A DNA stretch of 61,221 nt, filler included, from 7 parts of 7 records of this genome joined end to end with filler, not necessarily neighbours in it; one strand, 5' to 3'; counted from the first letter of the whole stretch, positions 37,601 to 47,157 are shown. A program made the numbers and translations. Notes: a model not told the origin generated them from the sequence alone.

Positions 37601-39091
37601 ATGCCAGACCAGTCCACCACGGCCGCACCGGGCAATTTGGGGTCGTGGACGCCAAAGGGGCAGTTTGTGGGGGGCGTTTGGGCGCAGGGCTTGGGCGCGG
37701 CGCGCGCTGTGCATTCCCCTGCCGATGGGCGTTTGCTGGCCACGCTGCCCGATGCGGCGGCGCAAGATCTTGATCGCGCCGTGGCCGCTGCGGCACAGGC
37801 GCAAAAGGGCTGGGCATTGCAGGGGCCGATGGCGCGCGCACGCGCCTTGAAAGAGGCCGCCGCCCGCCTGCGCGCCCATGCCGATGAGCTGGCGATGATT
37901 GATGCGCTCGATTGTGGCAACCCGCTGACTGGCATGATCTTCGATGTCAATCTTGGCGCCACGCTGATGGAGTTTTTCGCGGGCCTGACCACCGAATTAA
38001 AAGGCGAAACCATTCCCCAAGCCGGTGGAAAACTGACATTTGTCACCCGCCAGCCCTTGGGTGTGGTGGCGCGGCTGGTGCCGTTCAACCACCCGTTTAT
38101 GTTTGCCGCCGCAAAAATTGCAGCCCCCCTCGCGGCGGGCAATGCGGTGATTTTGAAACCGTCCGAGGAAACCCCGCTCAGCGCCTTGCGGATGGCCGAA
38201 CTGATTGCTGATCTCTTTCCCGAGGGTGTGCTAAACGTGCTGACCGGCGGGGCCGATCTGGGTGCCGCGATCTGCGCCCACCCTGGTATTTCGGCGGTTG
38301 GGCTGATTGGCAGCGTGCCGACAGGGCGCGCCGTGTTGCGGGGCGGGGCTGATACGCTCAAGCGCACGCAGCTGGAATTGGGCGGCAAAAACGCCTTGGT
38401 CATTTGCGAAGATGCAGATCTCGATGGTGCCATTGCGGGTGCGGTCAAAGGCATGAACCTGGGCTGGACGGCCGGGCAATCGTGCGGCTCGACCAGCCGC
38501 GTGTTGGTGCACAAACGCCATTACGCCCATGTGGTCAATGCGCTGGCGCAGGCCTTTGATGCGGTGCAGCTGGGCCATCCGGCACTGGCCAGCACGCATA
38601 TGGGGGCGCTTTCAACCCGAGCACAATATGAAAAAGCCCGCGGGTTTGTGCAACGTGCCGCAGCGGCTGGCGCGCGCATTGCGGCCGGTGGTGGCGATGC
38701 GCCGGTGCCGGCGCCGGGTTATTACCTGCGCCCAACGCTGATTTGCGACATCGGCCCCGAGGCGGAAATTGCCAATCAAGAGGTGTTTGGCCCGGTGCTG
38801 TGCGTGCTGCCCTGGCAGGACGAGGCCGAGATGCTGGGTATTGTGAACGGTCTCGATCTGGGGCTGACCGCCTCGATCTGGACAAAAGATCTGGATCGGG
38901 CCCTGCGCCTGACCCAGAAAATCGAGGCTGGCTATGTCTGGGTAAACGACGCCAGCGATCATTACCTTGGCGCGCCTTTTGGGGGCGTCAAGCAGTCTGG
39001 CCTTGGGCGCGAGGAATGTCTGGAGGAGATGTTCGCCTATACCGAGGCCAAAACAGTCACCTTGGTGCCAAACGCAGCATCAGGGGGATAG
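37601..39091 (+). CDS. Aldehyde dehydrogenase, PhdK (2-carboxybenzaldehyde dehydrogenase)-like
   Basis: PFNHPFMF, LELGGKN, GMN.GW..GQSCGSTSR catalytic Cys, HYLGAPFGGVKQSGLGREECLEE; these are signature segments I associate with the PhdK-like subfamily. Confidence 0.8.
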   Translation: MPDQSTTAAPGNLGSWTPKGQFVGGVWAQGLGAARAVHSPADGRLLATLPDAAAQDLDRAVAAAAQAQKGWALQGPMARARALKEAAARLRAHADELAMIDALDCGNPLTGMIFDVNLGATLMEFFAGLTTELKGETIPQAGGKLTFVTRQPLGVVARLVPFNHPFMFAAAKIAAPLAAGNAVILKPSEETPLSALRMAELIADLFPEGVLNVLTGGADLGAAICAHPGISAVGLIGSVPTGRAVLRGGADTLKRTQLELGGKNALVICEDADLDGAIAGAVKGMNLGWTAGQSCGSTSRVLVHKRHYAHVVNALAQAFDAVQLGHPALASTHMGALSTRAQYEKARGFVQRAAAAGARIAAGGGDAPVPAPGYYLRPTLICDIGPEAEIANQEVFGPVLCVLPWQDEAEMLGIVNGLDLGLTASIWTKDLDRALRLTQKIEAGYVWVNDASDHYLGAPFGGVKQSGLGREECLEEMFAYTEAKTVTLVPNAASGG

Positions 39092-39124
39092 CGCGCAGAT
39101 CTTCATGCGAACAGGGAGGAAGAT

Positions 39125-40108
39125 ATGAAATTCAAGGCAATTACTTTGGCTATGGGTGTCGCGGTTTGCGCAACCGTAGCGCAGGCGGCATCAATCAACA
39201 TGAACCTGTCGGGCGGCAACCCGGGCGGCTTGTGGTCGCTGCTTGGTGCCGGCATGGACCGGGCAGTAAAGGCAGATGATGCCGATGCGGTAATCACCTA
39301 TCAGGCCACCGGTGGCGGCTTTGCCAACCTGGCGCTGCTGGCCGCCAACCGCACCGATATGGGGCTGGTGCATGACGCCGAGGTGAAACTGGCGCTGAAT
39401 GGGCAAGAGCCGTTCAAAGCCCCGGTCACAAATCTTAAGGCCATCGGCTATATGTACAACTGGGCGCCGATGCACTTTTTCCTAAAGCAGTCGATCGCCG
39501 AGCAGTATAACATCGACAGCCTCGACGATATTGCCACCTCGGGTGCGCCGCTGACAATTGGCATCAACCGTTCGGGCAACATCACCAGCGATGTGGCGCT
39601 GTTCATGCTGGCACAGGCCGGGCTGACCGAAGAAAAGCTGAAGGCGCACGGCGGGTCGTTCGTGCGCGCGGGCGCCAATGAACAGGGCGATCTGATGCAG
39701 GATGGGCGCATCGAAATGGCCACAAACGGCATTTTTATTCGCCATTCCTCGTTCCGCGCGATCGATGAAAACACCGATGTTGTGCTGCTGGATGTGCCGC
39801 AAAGCGTGATCGATGCCACCAACGAGGCATTTGGCACCTCGCCCTTTACCATTCCGGGCGGCAGCTATTCGAAACAGCCCAATGACGTGCAGACAATGGC
39901 GCTGGGCGCCATGGTTGTGGCAACCGATGCCATGTCAGATGAAATGGCCGCCAAACTGGCCGGTGGTTTCCTGAAAAACATCGATGAAATCCGCAATGTG
40001 CACAAAGCGATGAACGCGCTTAGCCCTGAATTGATGGTCAGCCAAAAAGTGCTGCCCTTCCACCCCGGTGCCGCTGCTGTGTACCGTGAAGCGGGGCTGA
40101 TCGAGTGA
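39125..40108 (+). CDS. TAXI family TRAP transporter solute-binding subunit
   Basis: Signal peptide; GGNPGGLW, TGGG..N, IPGGSY, LPFHPGA..Y.E.G. Confidence 0.9.
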   Translation: MKFKAITLAMGVAVCATVAQAASINMNLSGGNPGGLWSLLGAGMDRAVKADDADAVITYQATGGGFANLALLAANRTDMGLVHDAEVKLALNGQEPFKAPVTNLKAIGYMYNWAPMHFFLKQSIAEQYNIDSLDDIATSGAPLTIGINRSGNITSDVALFMLAQAGLTEEKLKAHGGSFVRAGANEQGDLMQDGRIEMATNGIFIRHSSFRAIDENTDVVLLDVPQSVIDATNEAFGTSPFTIPGGSYSKQPNDVQTMALGAMVVATDAMSDEMAAKLAGGFLKNIDEIRNVHKAMNALSPELMVSQKVLPFHPGAAAVYREAGLIE

Positions 40109-42006
40109 TCGCAAATCTTGTTGCAACAGGCCGTCGGCGCTCCTTCCAGGGGGTGCCGGCGCATGTGCTAACCGTGTTGGCGGCGGGGTTCGCCCTGTGG
40201 GTGATTTATGCCAACGTTTTTGTCATATCTGACCCGCTGGTGTTGGGCATTTTGTTTGTGTCTGGCATTTTGACGTTGCTGTTTCCGGTGATCGGGCATT
40301 CGCCAACGGCGCCCGATGCGCCCACTGTGCTGGATTGGGCCTTGTGTGCGCTTAGCTTGGCATCGGGTGTGTTCTTTTTCGTCAATGCTGCGGCAATATC
40401 TGATCGCATCACCTTGCTGGATGCCTTCACTGGCCCGCAATTCTTTTTCGGCACAATGATTTTGCTGCTGACGCTAGAGGCCACGCGCCGCACAACCGGC
40501 GCTGGGCTGACCGGCATCGTGGTGTTGTTTTTGGCCTACAACTGGTTTGGCTACCTGCTGCCACCGCCCTTTGGGCATGGCATATCTGAATTCAGCTATC
40601 TTCTGGACATTTTGGTGTTTACCACCGATGGCGTCTTTGGTGTGCCCATTCAGGTGGTGGCAAGCTATGTGTTCCTGTTTGTCATGTTTGGCACCTTGCT
40701 GTCCAAGGCGGGCGGTGGCGAGTTCTTTTTCAACCTCGCCTCTGCCGCAACAGGAAACAGCCGGGGTGGCCCAGCCAAGGTGGCGGTGATTTCCTCGGGG
40801 CTTTACGGCACGATGTCTGGCAGCCCCACATCTGATGTCGTGGCAACTGGGTCGATCACCATACCGATCATGAAACGTTTGGGCTATTCCAAACGCTTTG
40901 CTGGCGCCGTCGAAGTGGCCGCATCGACCGGGGGCAGTGCCATGCCGCCCATCATGGGCTCGGCTGCGTTTATCTTGGCCGAATATACAGGCACGGCTTA
41001 TCGCGATGTGGTTTACGCTGCGCTGATCCCGGCCATGGTGTATTATGTGGGCGTATTTTTGCAGGTGCATCTACGCGCCGTGCGGCGCGACCTGCGCCCA
41101 TACGAGGGCGAAATTCCCCGCCTTAGCACCACCTTTGCCGAAGGCTGGCCATTCATCGTGCCGATTGCCGTCATCGTCGGCATGCTTTGGGTAGGTTATT
41201 CGCCGGTGATGACTGCGGGTGCCGGGGCTTTGGGGGTTTTGGTGGGCACAGCGCTCAGCAAACGCACCCGTATGCGCCCTTGGCAGGTGGTCGAGGCGCT
41301 GGCTGAAACCACGCTGCGCATCCTGCCCGTGGCAGGCGCTTGCGCGGCCGCCGGTCTGGTGATTGGTGGGTTGTCGATGACAGGGCTTGGCATGAAGGCG
41401 GCCAATGTCATCATTACCCTTTCGGGGGGCGAGCTGGGCTGGACGCTGATCTTGGCGGCGGTGGTGACTATTATCCTTGGGTTGGGTATGCCCACCCCAT
41501 CGGCCTATATTCTGGCGGCGGTGCTGGTGGGCCCGGCGCTGACAAAGGTGGGCTTGCCGCTGCTGGAAAGCCATATGTTCTTGCTTTACTACGCCATCCT
41601 GTCGGCGCTGACCCCACCCATTGCGGTGGCGGCTTTGGCGGCTGCGGCGATTGCCGAGGAAGACCCGTTCATCATTGCCTTTGATGCTGTGCGTTTGGCC
41701 GCTGTTGGCTTTTTCATGCCCTTTGTCTTTTTGTGGAACCCGGCCATTTTGGGGTCGGGCATAGCTGTGGAAATTGTCATGGCATGTATCGGCGGTGTTG
41801 TCGGCGCCACAGCGATTGCTGTGTCGTTCGAGTGGCTGGGCAAGGGGCATACCGGGCTGATCCGGTGGCCGCTGCGTGCGCTGTTGTTGGTTGGGGCTGC
41901 TGCGGCTGTGGCACCCAACATGCTGGTGGCGGCGCTGGGCATTCTGGCCACTGGCGCCTTAAGCTGGTTTTTGTTGGTGCGCGCGCCGCATGTAAAAGCG
42001 CCGTAA
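40105..42006 (+). CDS. TRAP transporter fused 4TM/12TM permease
   Basis: GGPAKVAV.SS...G..SGS, EVAASTGG..MPPIMGSAAF, LGLGMPT, TPP.A; GTGA overlap with the binding-protein gene. Confidence 0.92.
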   Translation: MIANLVATGRRRSFQGVPAHVLTVLAAGFALWVIYANVFVISDPLVLGILFVSGILTLLFPVIGHSPTAPDAPTVLDWALCALSLASGVFFFVNAAAISDRITLLDAFTGPQFFFGTMILLLTLEATRRTTGAGLTGIVVLFLAYNWFGYLLPPPFGHGISEFSYLLDILVFTTDGVFGVPIQVVASYVFLFVMFGTLLSKAGGGEFFFNLASAATGNSRGGPAKVAVISSGLYGTMSGSPTSDVVATGSITIPIMKRLGYSKRFAGAVEVAASTGGSAMPPIMGSAAFILAEYTGTAYRDVVYAALIPAMVYYVGVFLQVHLRAVRRDLRPYEGEIPRLSTTFAEGWPFIVPIAVIVGMLWVGYSPVMTAGAGALGVLVGTALSKRTRMRPWQVVEALAETTLRILPVAGACAAAGLVIGGLSMTGLGMKAANVIITLSGGELGWTLILAAVVTIILGLGMPTPSAYILAAVLVGPALTKVGLPLLESHMFLLYYAILSALTPPIAVAALAAAAIAEEDPFIIAFDAVRLAAVGFFMPFVFLWNPAILGSGIAVEIVMACIGGVVGATAIAVSFEWLGKGHTGLIRWPLRALLLVGAAAAVAPNMLVAALGILATGALSWFLLVRAPHVKAP

Positions 42007-42023
42007 GCAACATGTTACATGAC

Positions 42024-42063
42024 AAAAAAAGGGCGCTGATCACTGGGTCGGCGCCCTTTTCTT
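42024..42063. terminator. Bidirectional intrinsic terminator
   Basis: AAAAAAAGGGCGCTGATC-actg-GGTCGGCGCCCTTTTCTT. Confidence 0.75.
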
Positions 42064-42178
42064 GCATAAGGGTCAAGAGAGCTGTGTCAGAATAACCCCG
42101 CTTGAGATAGGGCAGGGAGCGGGCTAGCGCCTGTTCCTGAGACCATCTTACAAATGGATCAGAGGCCAAATATGCACT

Positions 42179-42278
42179 NNNNNNNNNNNNNNNNNNNNNN
42201 NNNNNNNNNNNNNNNNNNNNNNTTAATTAATTAANNNNNNNNNNNNNNNNNNNNNNNNNNNNNNNNNNNNNNNNNNNN
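42179..42278. other. Artificial contig linker
   Basis: N44-TTAATTAATTAA-N44; abrupt switch to AT-rich sequence. Confidence 0.98.
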
Positions 42279-42323
42279 TTAGCAAATTTGCTAAAAGACG
42301 GCGTAGTTTATTATATCAAAGAG

Positions 42324-42397
42324 TCTCACAGAGTTTTGTCAAAAGCCAACCTACGCTCAGTGAAACTCTTTTTTTACTTACTGGAACTACGTGAAAT
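42324..42397. repeat. CACAGAG / CTC(A/T)GTGAAACTC repeat cluster on the 3' side of GxxExxY
   Basis: tctcacagagtttt (42324) faces ctcagtgaaactc-T-run-acttactggaactacgtgaaat (42356-42397). Confidence 0.65.
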
Positions 42398-42420
42398 TGC
42401 TTTCTACTTACCAAATGTAG

Positions 42421-42792
42421 TTAGTTAGCAATTCTTTTAAGACCATTTTTTAAAGACTTCACATGGAAATTAATCAGTAATCCAAGTTTGAATTCACCTA
42501 ATCTTAAATATGTCAATACCTGAGCCTTATGCACATCAGTTAATGCTTCGACAGATTTAATTTCAATCACAATTTTCTCTTCTACCAATAAATCTATTCT
42601 ATATCCATGGTCAAGCTTGACTTCTTCATAAACAATGGGCATTGGCACTTCTTTTCTGACAACTAATCCAATCTTTCTTATTTCATATAACAAACACTCT
42701 TGATAAGCAGACTCCAATAATCCAGGCCCCAATTTCGTGTGAACCTTCATAGCACACCCAATTACCTTATGTGAAATTTCATCTAGTTCCAT
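42421..42792 (-). CDS. GxxExxY protein (PD-(D/E)XK nuclease-like)
   Basis: LGPGLLESAY, YRIDLLVE, IEIKSV, QVLTYL, GLLINF. Confidence 0.93.
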   Translation of the reverse strand: MELDEISHKVIGCAMKVHTKLGPGLLESAYQECLLYEIRKIGLVVRKEVPMPIVYEEVKLDHGYRIDLLVEEKIVIEIKSVEALTDVHKAQVLTYLRLGEFKLGLLINFHVKSLKNGLKRIAN

Positions 42793-42858
42793 TAATTAAA
42801 GATTGTTTTGGAGAATTCAATTTTTCCCTGAAATATATTAAATATTAAGATTATTATA

Positions 42859-43095
42859 TCACAGAGTTTCTCGAAGTAATTGCTAGCGCAATTCGAGTTT
42901 CACTGAGAATAAAAATTCGTAAACTTCAAATTTCGTTATTTAGCAGGGATCTATGAGCGCATTAAAAAGATCGAGATATAGAGGTGAATTAAAGTCTCTC
43001 ACAGAAATTGCTAACGCTAATAGTATTTCGCAATGTTTTAAAAGCAAATAATAACTCTGTGAAACTCTTTTTTACTCGGAGGAACTCTGTGAAAT
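42859..43095. repeat. CACAGAG / CTCTGTG inverted and direct repeat cluster upstream of GxxExxY
   Basis: tcacagagtttc...gagtttcactgag (42859-42907), tctctcacagaaatt (~42995), ctctgtgaaactc-T-run-actcggaggaactctgtgaaat (43055-43095). Confidence 0.7.
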
Positions 43096-43105
43096 AACTA
43101 ATTAT

Positions 43106-44116
43106 CTAAAAATCAATATCAAAGTCTTCAACAGAAAATTGAACTCCCATACCTGAAGCGCCCATGGCGCCAACGGATCCTGCTGATCCTTCAATGCCTG
43201 GTTCAGCTGGGTCTTGACCTTCTAATGGTGTTCCTGGGCTGCCTGCTTTTCCTCCTGCTCCAGCATCACCAGGATATCCACCCTGTGCAAGAGCTGTAAT
43301 TCTTGACTGAATATCTGCCGCTGAGGGATGTAAAAATACATACACACTTCCACCTGAGCCTCCGCTACCGCCAATTCCTCCGTTTCCTCCGTTACCACCA
43401 TTTCCTGGTCGTTTGGTTTTTTTATCTGTGCTTTTACCATCTTTTCCCGATCCTCCGTCTCCACCAGAACCACCTCGACCTCCTTTGCCGCCATTTACAT
43501 AGAATTTAATCGGATATCCTACATCCTTAGTTTTATAAAAGAACATTTTAGAACTGTTTAGATCTGTGACTCTCATGTAGTACAAATCATCTTCTACATT
43601 TTTATAAATATGCACTGTAATGTCATGACCATTTGTACCATCTGATCCGCTAAATCCATCATCACCATCCTTTCCATCTCTAAATAACAAAGCTGTCCCT
43701 CCATCTGAGCCTTTGGTTCCTTCCTCACCATCTGTGCCGTTAAAGCTCAACTCTAAATCCCCCTTGTAATTGAATGGAATAGCTTTTTGTGTGGTGAAAT
43801 TCAGTTCCTTTTTAACATAAGTTGCCGTTACAAAAATGGTGTCTTTTCTAAACGAAACAGGGTATTTGTCTATGCTGACTTTTCCACTAGAATATTGAGC
43901 ACCTTTTACAATATAATCTAAGCCCGATTTTGAACTGATATCTTTTTCACCACCTTTTGAGTACTTCAGGTAGGTGCTTAGCCTAAAACTATGACCATAA
44001 TTAATTTGAGCGTCATTACTCAATCGAATTTCTATACCAACAGGTTCTCCCAGCTTTTTTGTGCCACAAGCGGTCAGTAGAAAGCACAGGCAAATAATAT
44101 ATGGTCTTAATTTCAT
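43106..44116 (-). CDS. Lipoprotein with Gly-rich (Gly-X-Y-like) C-terminal half; start re-assigned to ATG 44116
   Basis: Lipobox LLTAC; GxxGxxG runs (GGKGGRGGSGGDGGSGKDG, GNGGNGGNGGIGGSGGSGG). Confidence 0.7.
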   Translation of the reverse strand: MKLRPYIICLCFLLTACGTKKLGEPVGIEIRLSNDAQINYGHSFRLSTYLKYSKGGEKDISSKSGLDYIVKGAQYSSGKVSIDKYPVSFRKDTIFVTATYVKKELNFTTQKAIPFNYKGDLELSFNGTDGEEGTKGSDGGTALLFRDGKDGDDGFSGSDGTNGHDITVHIYKNVEDDLYYMRVTDLNSSKMFFYKTKDVGYPIKFYVNGGKGGRGGSGGDGGSGKDGKSTDKKTKRPGNGGNGGNGGIGGSGGSGGSVYVFLHPSAADIQSRITALAQGGYPGDAGAGGKAGSPGTPLEGQDPAEPGIEGSAGSVGAMGASGMGVQFSVEDFDIDF

Positions 44117-44242
44117 GTAGATCTTTAGTTGGGATAAAAATAAAATAAAAGCGAGGGCTTTCAAATATTATTGAGAATTAGTTAAATTCGTGCTCGCCTT
44201 TATGGGCTAGAATTTATTAATTATTGCAAGAAAATTTAAGCT

Positions 44243-45634
44243 ATGTCATACGATATTATTGTTTTAGGAAGTGGACCCGGAGGATATGTTGCCGCAATTA
44301 GAGCGTCACAGTTGGGAATGAAAGTTGCCGTTGTTGAAAAAGCTGAGTTAGGTGGGATTTGTTTGAACTGGGGATGTATTCCTACAAAAGCGCTTTTAAA
44401 AAGTGCGAATGTATTTGAATATATTTCACATTCTGAAGATTATGGAATCTCAGTTTCAGGATCTAAAGCAGATTTCGGAGCAATTGTTAAAAGAAGTAGA
44501 GGAGTTGCAGAGAAAATGTCTGGTGGTGTTCAATTCTTAATGAAAAAGAATAAGATTGACGTGATCAACGGATTTGGAAAAGTAAAAGCTGGAAAAAAAG
44601 TTGAAGTAACTGACGATAAAGGAAAAGTAACAGAAGTTACAGCATCAAAAGGAATTATTATTGCAACAGGTGCACGTTCTCGTCAATTACCTTCTCTACC
44701 ACAAGACGGTAAAAAAATAATTGGATATAGAGAAGCTTTAGTTCTTCCAAAATTACCTAAATCAATGGTGATAGTTGGTTCGGGAGCTATTGGAGTAGAG
44801 TTCGCTTATTTCTATAAAACAATGGGTGTTGATGTTACTGTTGTTGAATATATGCCAACTATTGTACCTGTTGAAGATGAAGAAGTATCTAAGCAATTAG
44901 AGCGTTCATTCAAAAAGCAAAAAATGAAGATCATGACTAACTCTTCAGTTGAGTCTGTAGATACTTCAGGAAAGAATTGTAAAGTAAAAGTGAAAACGAA
45001 GAAAGGTGAAGAAATCATTGAATGTGATATCGTACTTTCTGCTGTTGGAATTGAAACGAATATAGAAGGAATTGGATTAGAAGAGGTTGGTATTGCAACT
45101 GACAAAGGAAAAGTCTTAGTAAATGACTTTTATCAAACAAATATCCCAGGTTATTATGCAATTGGGGATATTACACCTGGTCCTGCGCTAGCACACGTAG
45201 CTTCTGCAGAAGGAATTATATGTGTTGAAAAGATTTCAGGAATGCACGTAGAGCCATTAGATTATGGAAATATTCCAGGATGTACGTATTGTTCTCCGGA
45301 AGTTGCTTCAGTTGGAATGACAGAGGCTCAAGCTAAAGAAGCTGGGTATGACGTTAAGGTTGGTAAATTCCCTTTCTCAGCATCTGGTAAAGCATCAGCG
45401 GCAGGAGCGAATGACGGATTCATTAAACTTGTTTTTGACGCAAAATACGGTGAGTTATTAGGTGGCCATATGATTGGTATGAACGTAACTGAAATGATTG
45501 CTGAAATCGTTTCTATCAGAAAATTAGAAACAACAGGACATGACATCATTAAAACGGTTCACCCACATCCAACATTGTCTGAGGCGATAATGGAAGCAGC
45601 TGCAGCTGCCTATGATGAAGTGATTCATTTATAA
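44243..45634 (+). CDS. lpdA: Dihydrolipoyl dehydrogenase
   Basis: GSGPGGYVAA, GGICLNWGCIPTK, GSGAIGVEF, HPHPTLSE. Confidence 0.97.
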   Translation: MSYDIIVLGSGPGGYVAAIRASQLGMKVAVVEKAELGGICLNWGCIPTKALLKSANVFEYISHSEDYGISVSGSKADFGAIVKRSRGVAEKMSGGVQFLMKKNKIDVINGFGKVKAGKKVEVTDDKGKVTEVTASKGIIIATGARSRQLPSLPQDGKKIIGYREALVLPKLPKSMVIVGSGAIGVEFAYFYKTMGVDVTVVEYMPTIVPVEDEEVSKQLERSFKKQKMKIMTNSSVESVDTSGKNCKVKVKTKKGEEIIECDIVLSAVGIETNIEGIGLEEVGIATDKGKVLVNDFYQTNIPGYYAIGDITPGPALAHVASAEGIICVEKISGMHVEPLDYGNIPGCTYCSPEVASVGMTEAQAKEAGYDVKVGKFPFSASGKASAAGANDGFIKLVFDAKYGELLGGHMIGMNVTEMIAEIVSIRKLETTGHDIIKTVHPHPTLSEAIMEAAAAAYDEVIHL

Positions 45635-45646
45635 GGAACTTGTAAG

Positions 45647-45693
45647 AAATAAAAATCCCCGTCTCGGCTAGGCCAGGACGGGGATTTTTATTT
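45647..45693. terminator. Bidirectional intrinsic terminator between lpdA and the convergent lipoprotein gene
   Basis: AAATAAAAATCCCCGTC...GACGGGGATTTTTATTT. Confidence 0.85.
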
Positions 45694-45704
45694 TAGGGTT
45701 ATTC

Positions 45705-46313
45705 TTATTTAAGGGTACTGAATGATCCGCTCAATTCAACATGACCATAGGTAGTGTTGTCTGGCTCATCAACTTTTAGCGCAAATGATCCACAAGCACC
45801 ATCTGCATCAGCAAAAGTTAAATCTATTGACCCTTGATCAGGCATTCCTGCAAACCAATTGAAATAAACTTTTCCGATACTGTTATTGATCGTAATTGAA
45901 ACTGCTCTATTATCCGTCTCCTTTGGAGAGTAAGGGTATGTTCCTGCCCCTAGAACTTCACCATTATAAGTTCTGAATTTAGCTTTAATGTTGAAGTTTG
46001 TTGTAGTGTCAGCAGCACCTTCCTCAAAATTGTACAGGTTTAGTTCTGCAGTTGAGTCATTTTTCATATCCCAAGTAGACCTGATAACTTCAAACTTAAT
46101 GTCAGCGGCAAAAGTTGAATCGTATTGAAAACCATAATTATCCACTTTAAAAGTGATATCGTTTTCTCCTGTGCACTCATCAGCAAAGGTTGGAATTACT
46201 TCCTCAACAGTTTCTTCACTTTCTTCACTTGTTTCTTCGGCTTCGCCTCCACAGCTTGCCAACATAGACACAGCAGCAATTGCCATGCTCATAGTATAAA
46301 ATACTTTGTTCAT
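45705..46313 (-). CDS. Hypothetical acidic lipoprotein
   Basis: Lipobox MLASC followed by an E-rich linker and a beta-rich domain. Confidence 0.75.
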   Translation of the reverse strand: MNKVFYTMSMAIAAVSMLASCGGEAEETSEESEETVEEVIPTFADECTGENDITFKVDNYGFQYDSTFAADIKFEVIRSTWDMKNDSTAELNLYNFEEGAADTTTNFNIKAKFRTYNGEVLGAGTYPYSPKETDNRAVSITINNSIGKVYFNWFAGMPDQGSIDLTFADADGACGSFALKVDEPDNTTYGHVELSGSFSTLK

Positions 46314-46410
46314 AGGTTGTTTATTTTTGAGCTAATATAGGATTTAGGTATTATTTTAGTCGTTATTGTTCATAAAATGAAATTTTGGTTAACATCCGTT
46401 TGATATTGAG

Positions 46411-47079
46411 ATGAAAGAAGAATTGATAGATGATCCAAAGGATGACCTGTCATCCAAGGCTCCGTCGGGTAATGAGAAGGAGTTTCGGATAAACCGATAC
46501 ATCATATCTTACCCTTATAAGGATGAATTACTCATTGCTGAACAAAAGTCTATTAAGTTATTTCCGTTTATACCAGTTATAGTTTTGGGCGCTTTGGGAG
46601 GATTTTTCGGATTTCTGATGATTCATTATTTCAAGGAAACAGGAACGTTTTTAAATGGAGCTGTATTGATGTGCTCCTTGTTTGCTTTTTCCAGTTGGAG
46701 CATTGTAATTTTCGTTCTTGTTCAGCATTATTCAAACAAAAGGCGATTTGCTTTTGAAAAACATGGATTTGAATATACAGGACTTTTTGGTAAAAAGATG
46801 GTGATACTCAGAGAAGAAGTGACCAGTGTTTTTATTCATAAAACGACTATAAGAACCAATTCTAGCTCAAGCACTCAATATCGATATGCTGTTTGTCTTA
46901 AAGTTCCGAAGTACACCAAGGATAAAGGCGTTTATAAGATGTTAGAGTTGGATATGAAGGATAGTATGAAAACTGCTTTTGGCGCCACTGATTTTAAAAT
47001 AAATGATCGAGCAGAAACTGAAGCACGTCATATATGTGAAGTGATTTCTGAGCATTGGAAAATACCTGTAAGTATTTAA
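46411..47079 (+). CDS. Hypothetical membrane protein (2 TM helices plus soluble C-terminal domain)
   Basis: 222-aa ORF in AT-rich DNA with two hydrophobic segments. Confidence 0.7.
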   Translation: MKEELIDDPKDDLSSKAPSGNEKEFRINRYIISYPYKDELLIAEQKSIKLFPFIPVIVLGALGGFFGFLMIHYFKETGTFLNGAVLMCSLFAFSSWSIVIFVLVQHYSNKRRFAFEKHGFEYTGLFGKKMVILREEVTSVFIHKTTIRTNSSSSTQYRYAVCLKVPKYTKDKGVYKMLELDMKDSMKTAFGATDFKINDRAETEARHICEVISEHWKIPVSI

Positions 47080-47157
47080 TTTACTACCGAAGGTTCTAGT
47101 TTTCAAATTATCGTTTATTTTTGCAGCTCTCTAATAATTGAGGCTAAATAAAAATCA

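Noticed and set aside
42324-43095. CRISPR array interpretation of the GTGAAAC-containing repeats
   Set aside because: Repeats are degenerate, in both orientations and irregularly spaced, with no repeat-spacer periodicity and no cas genes.
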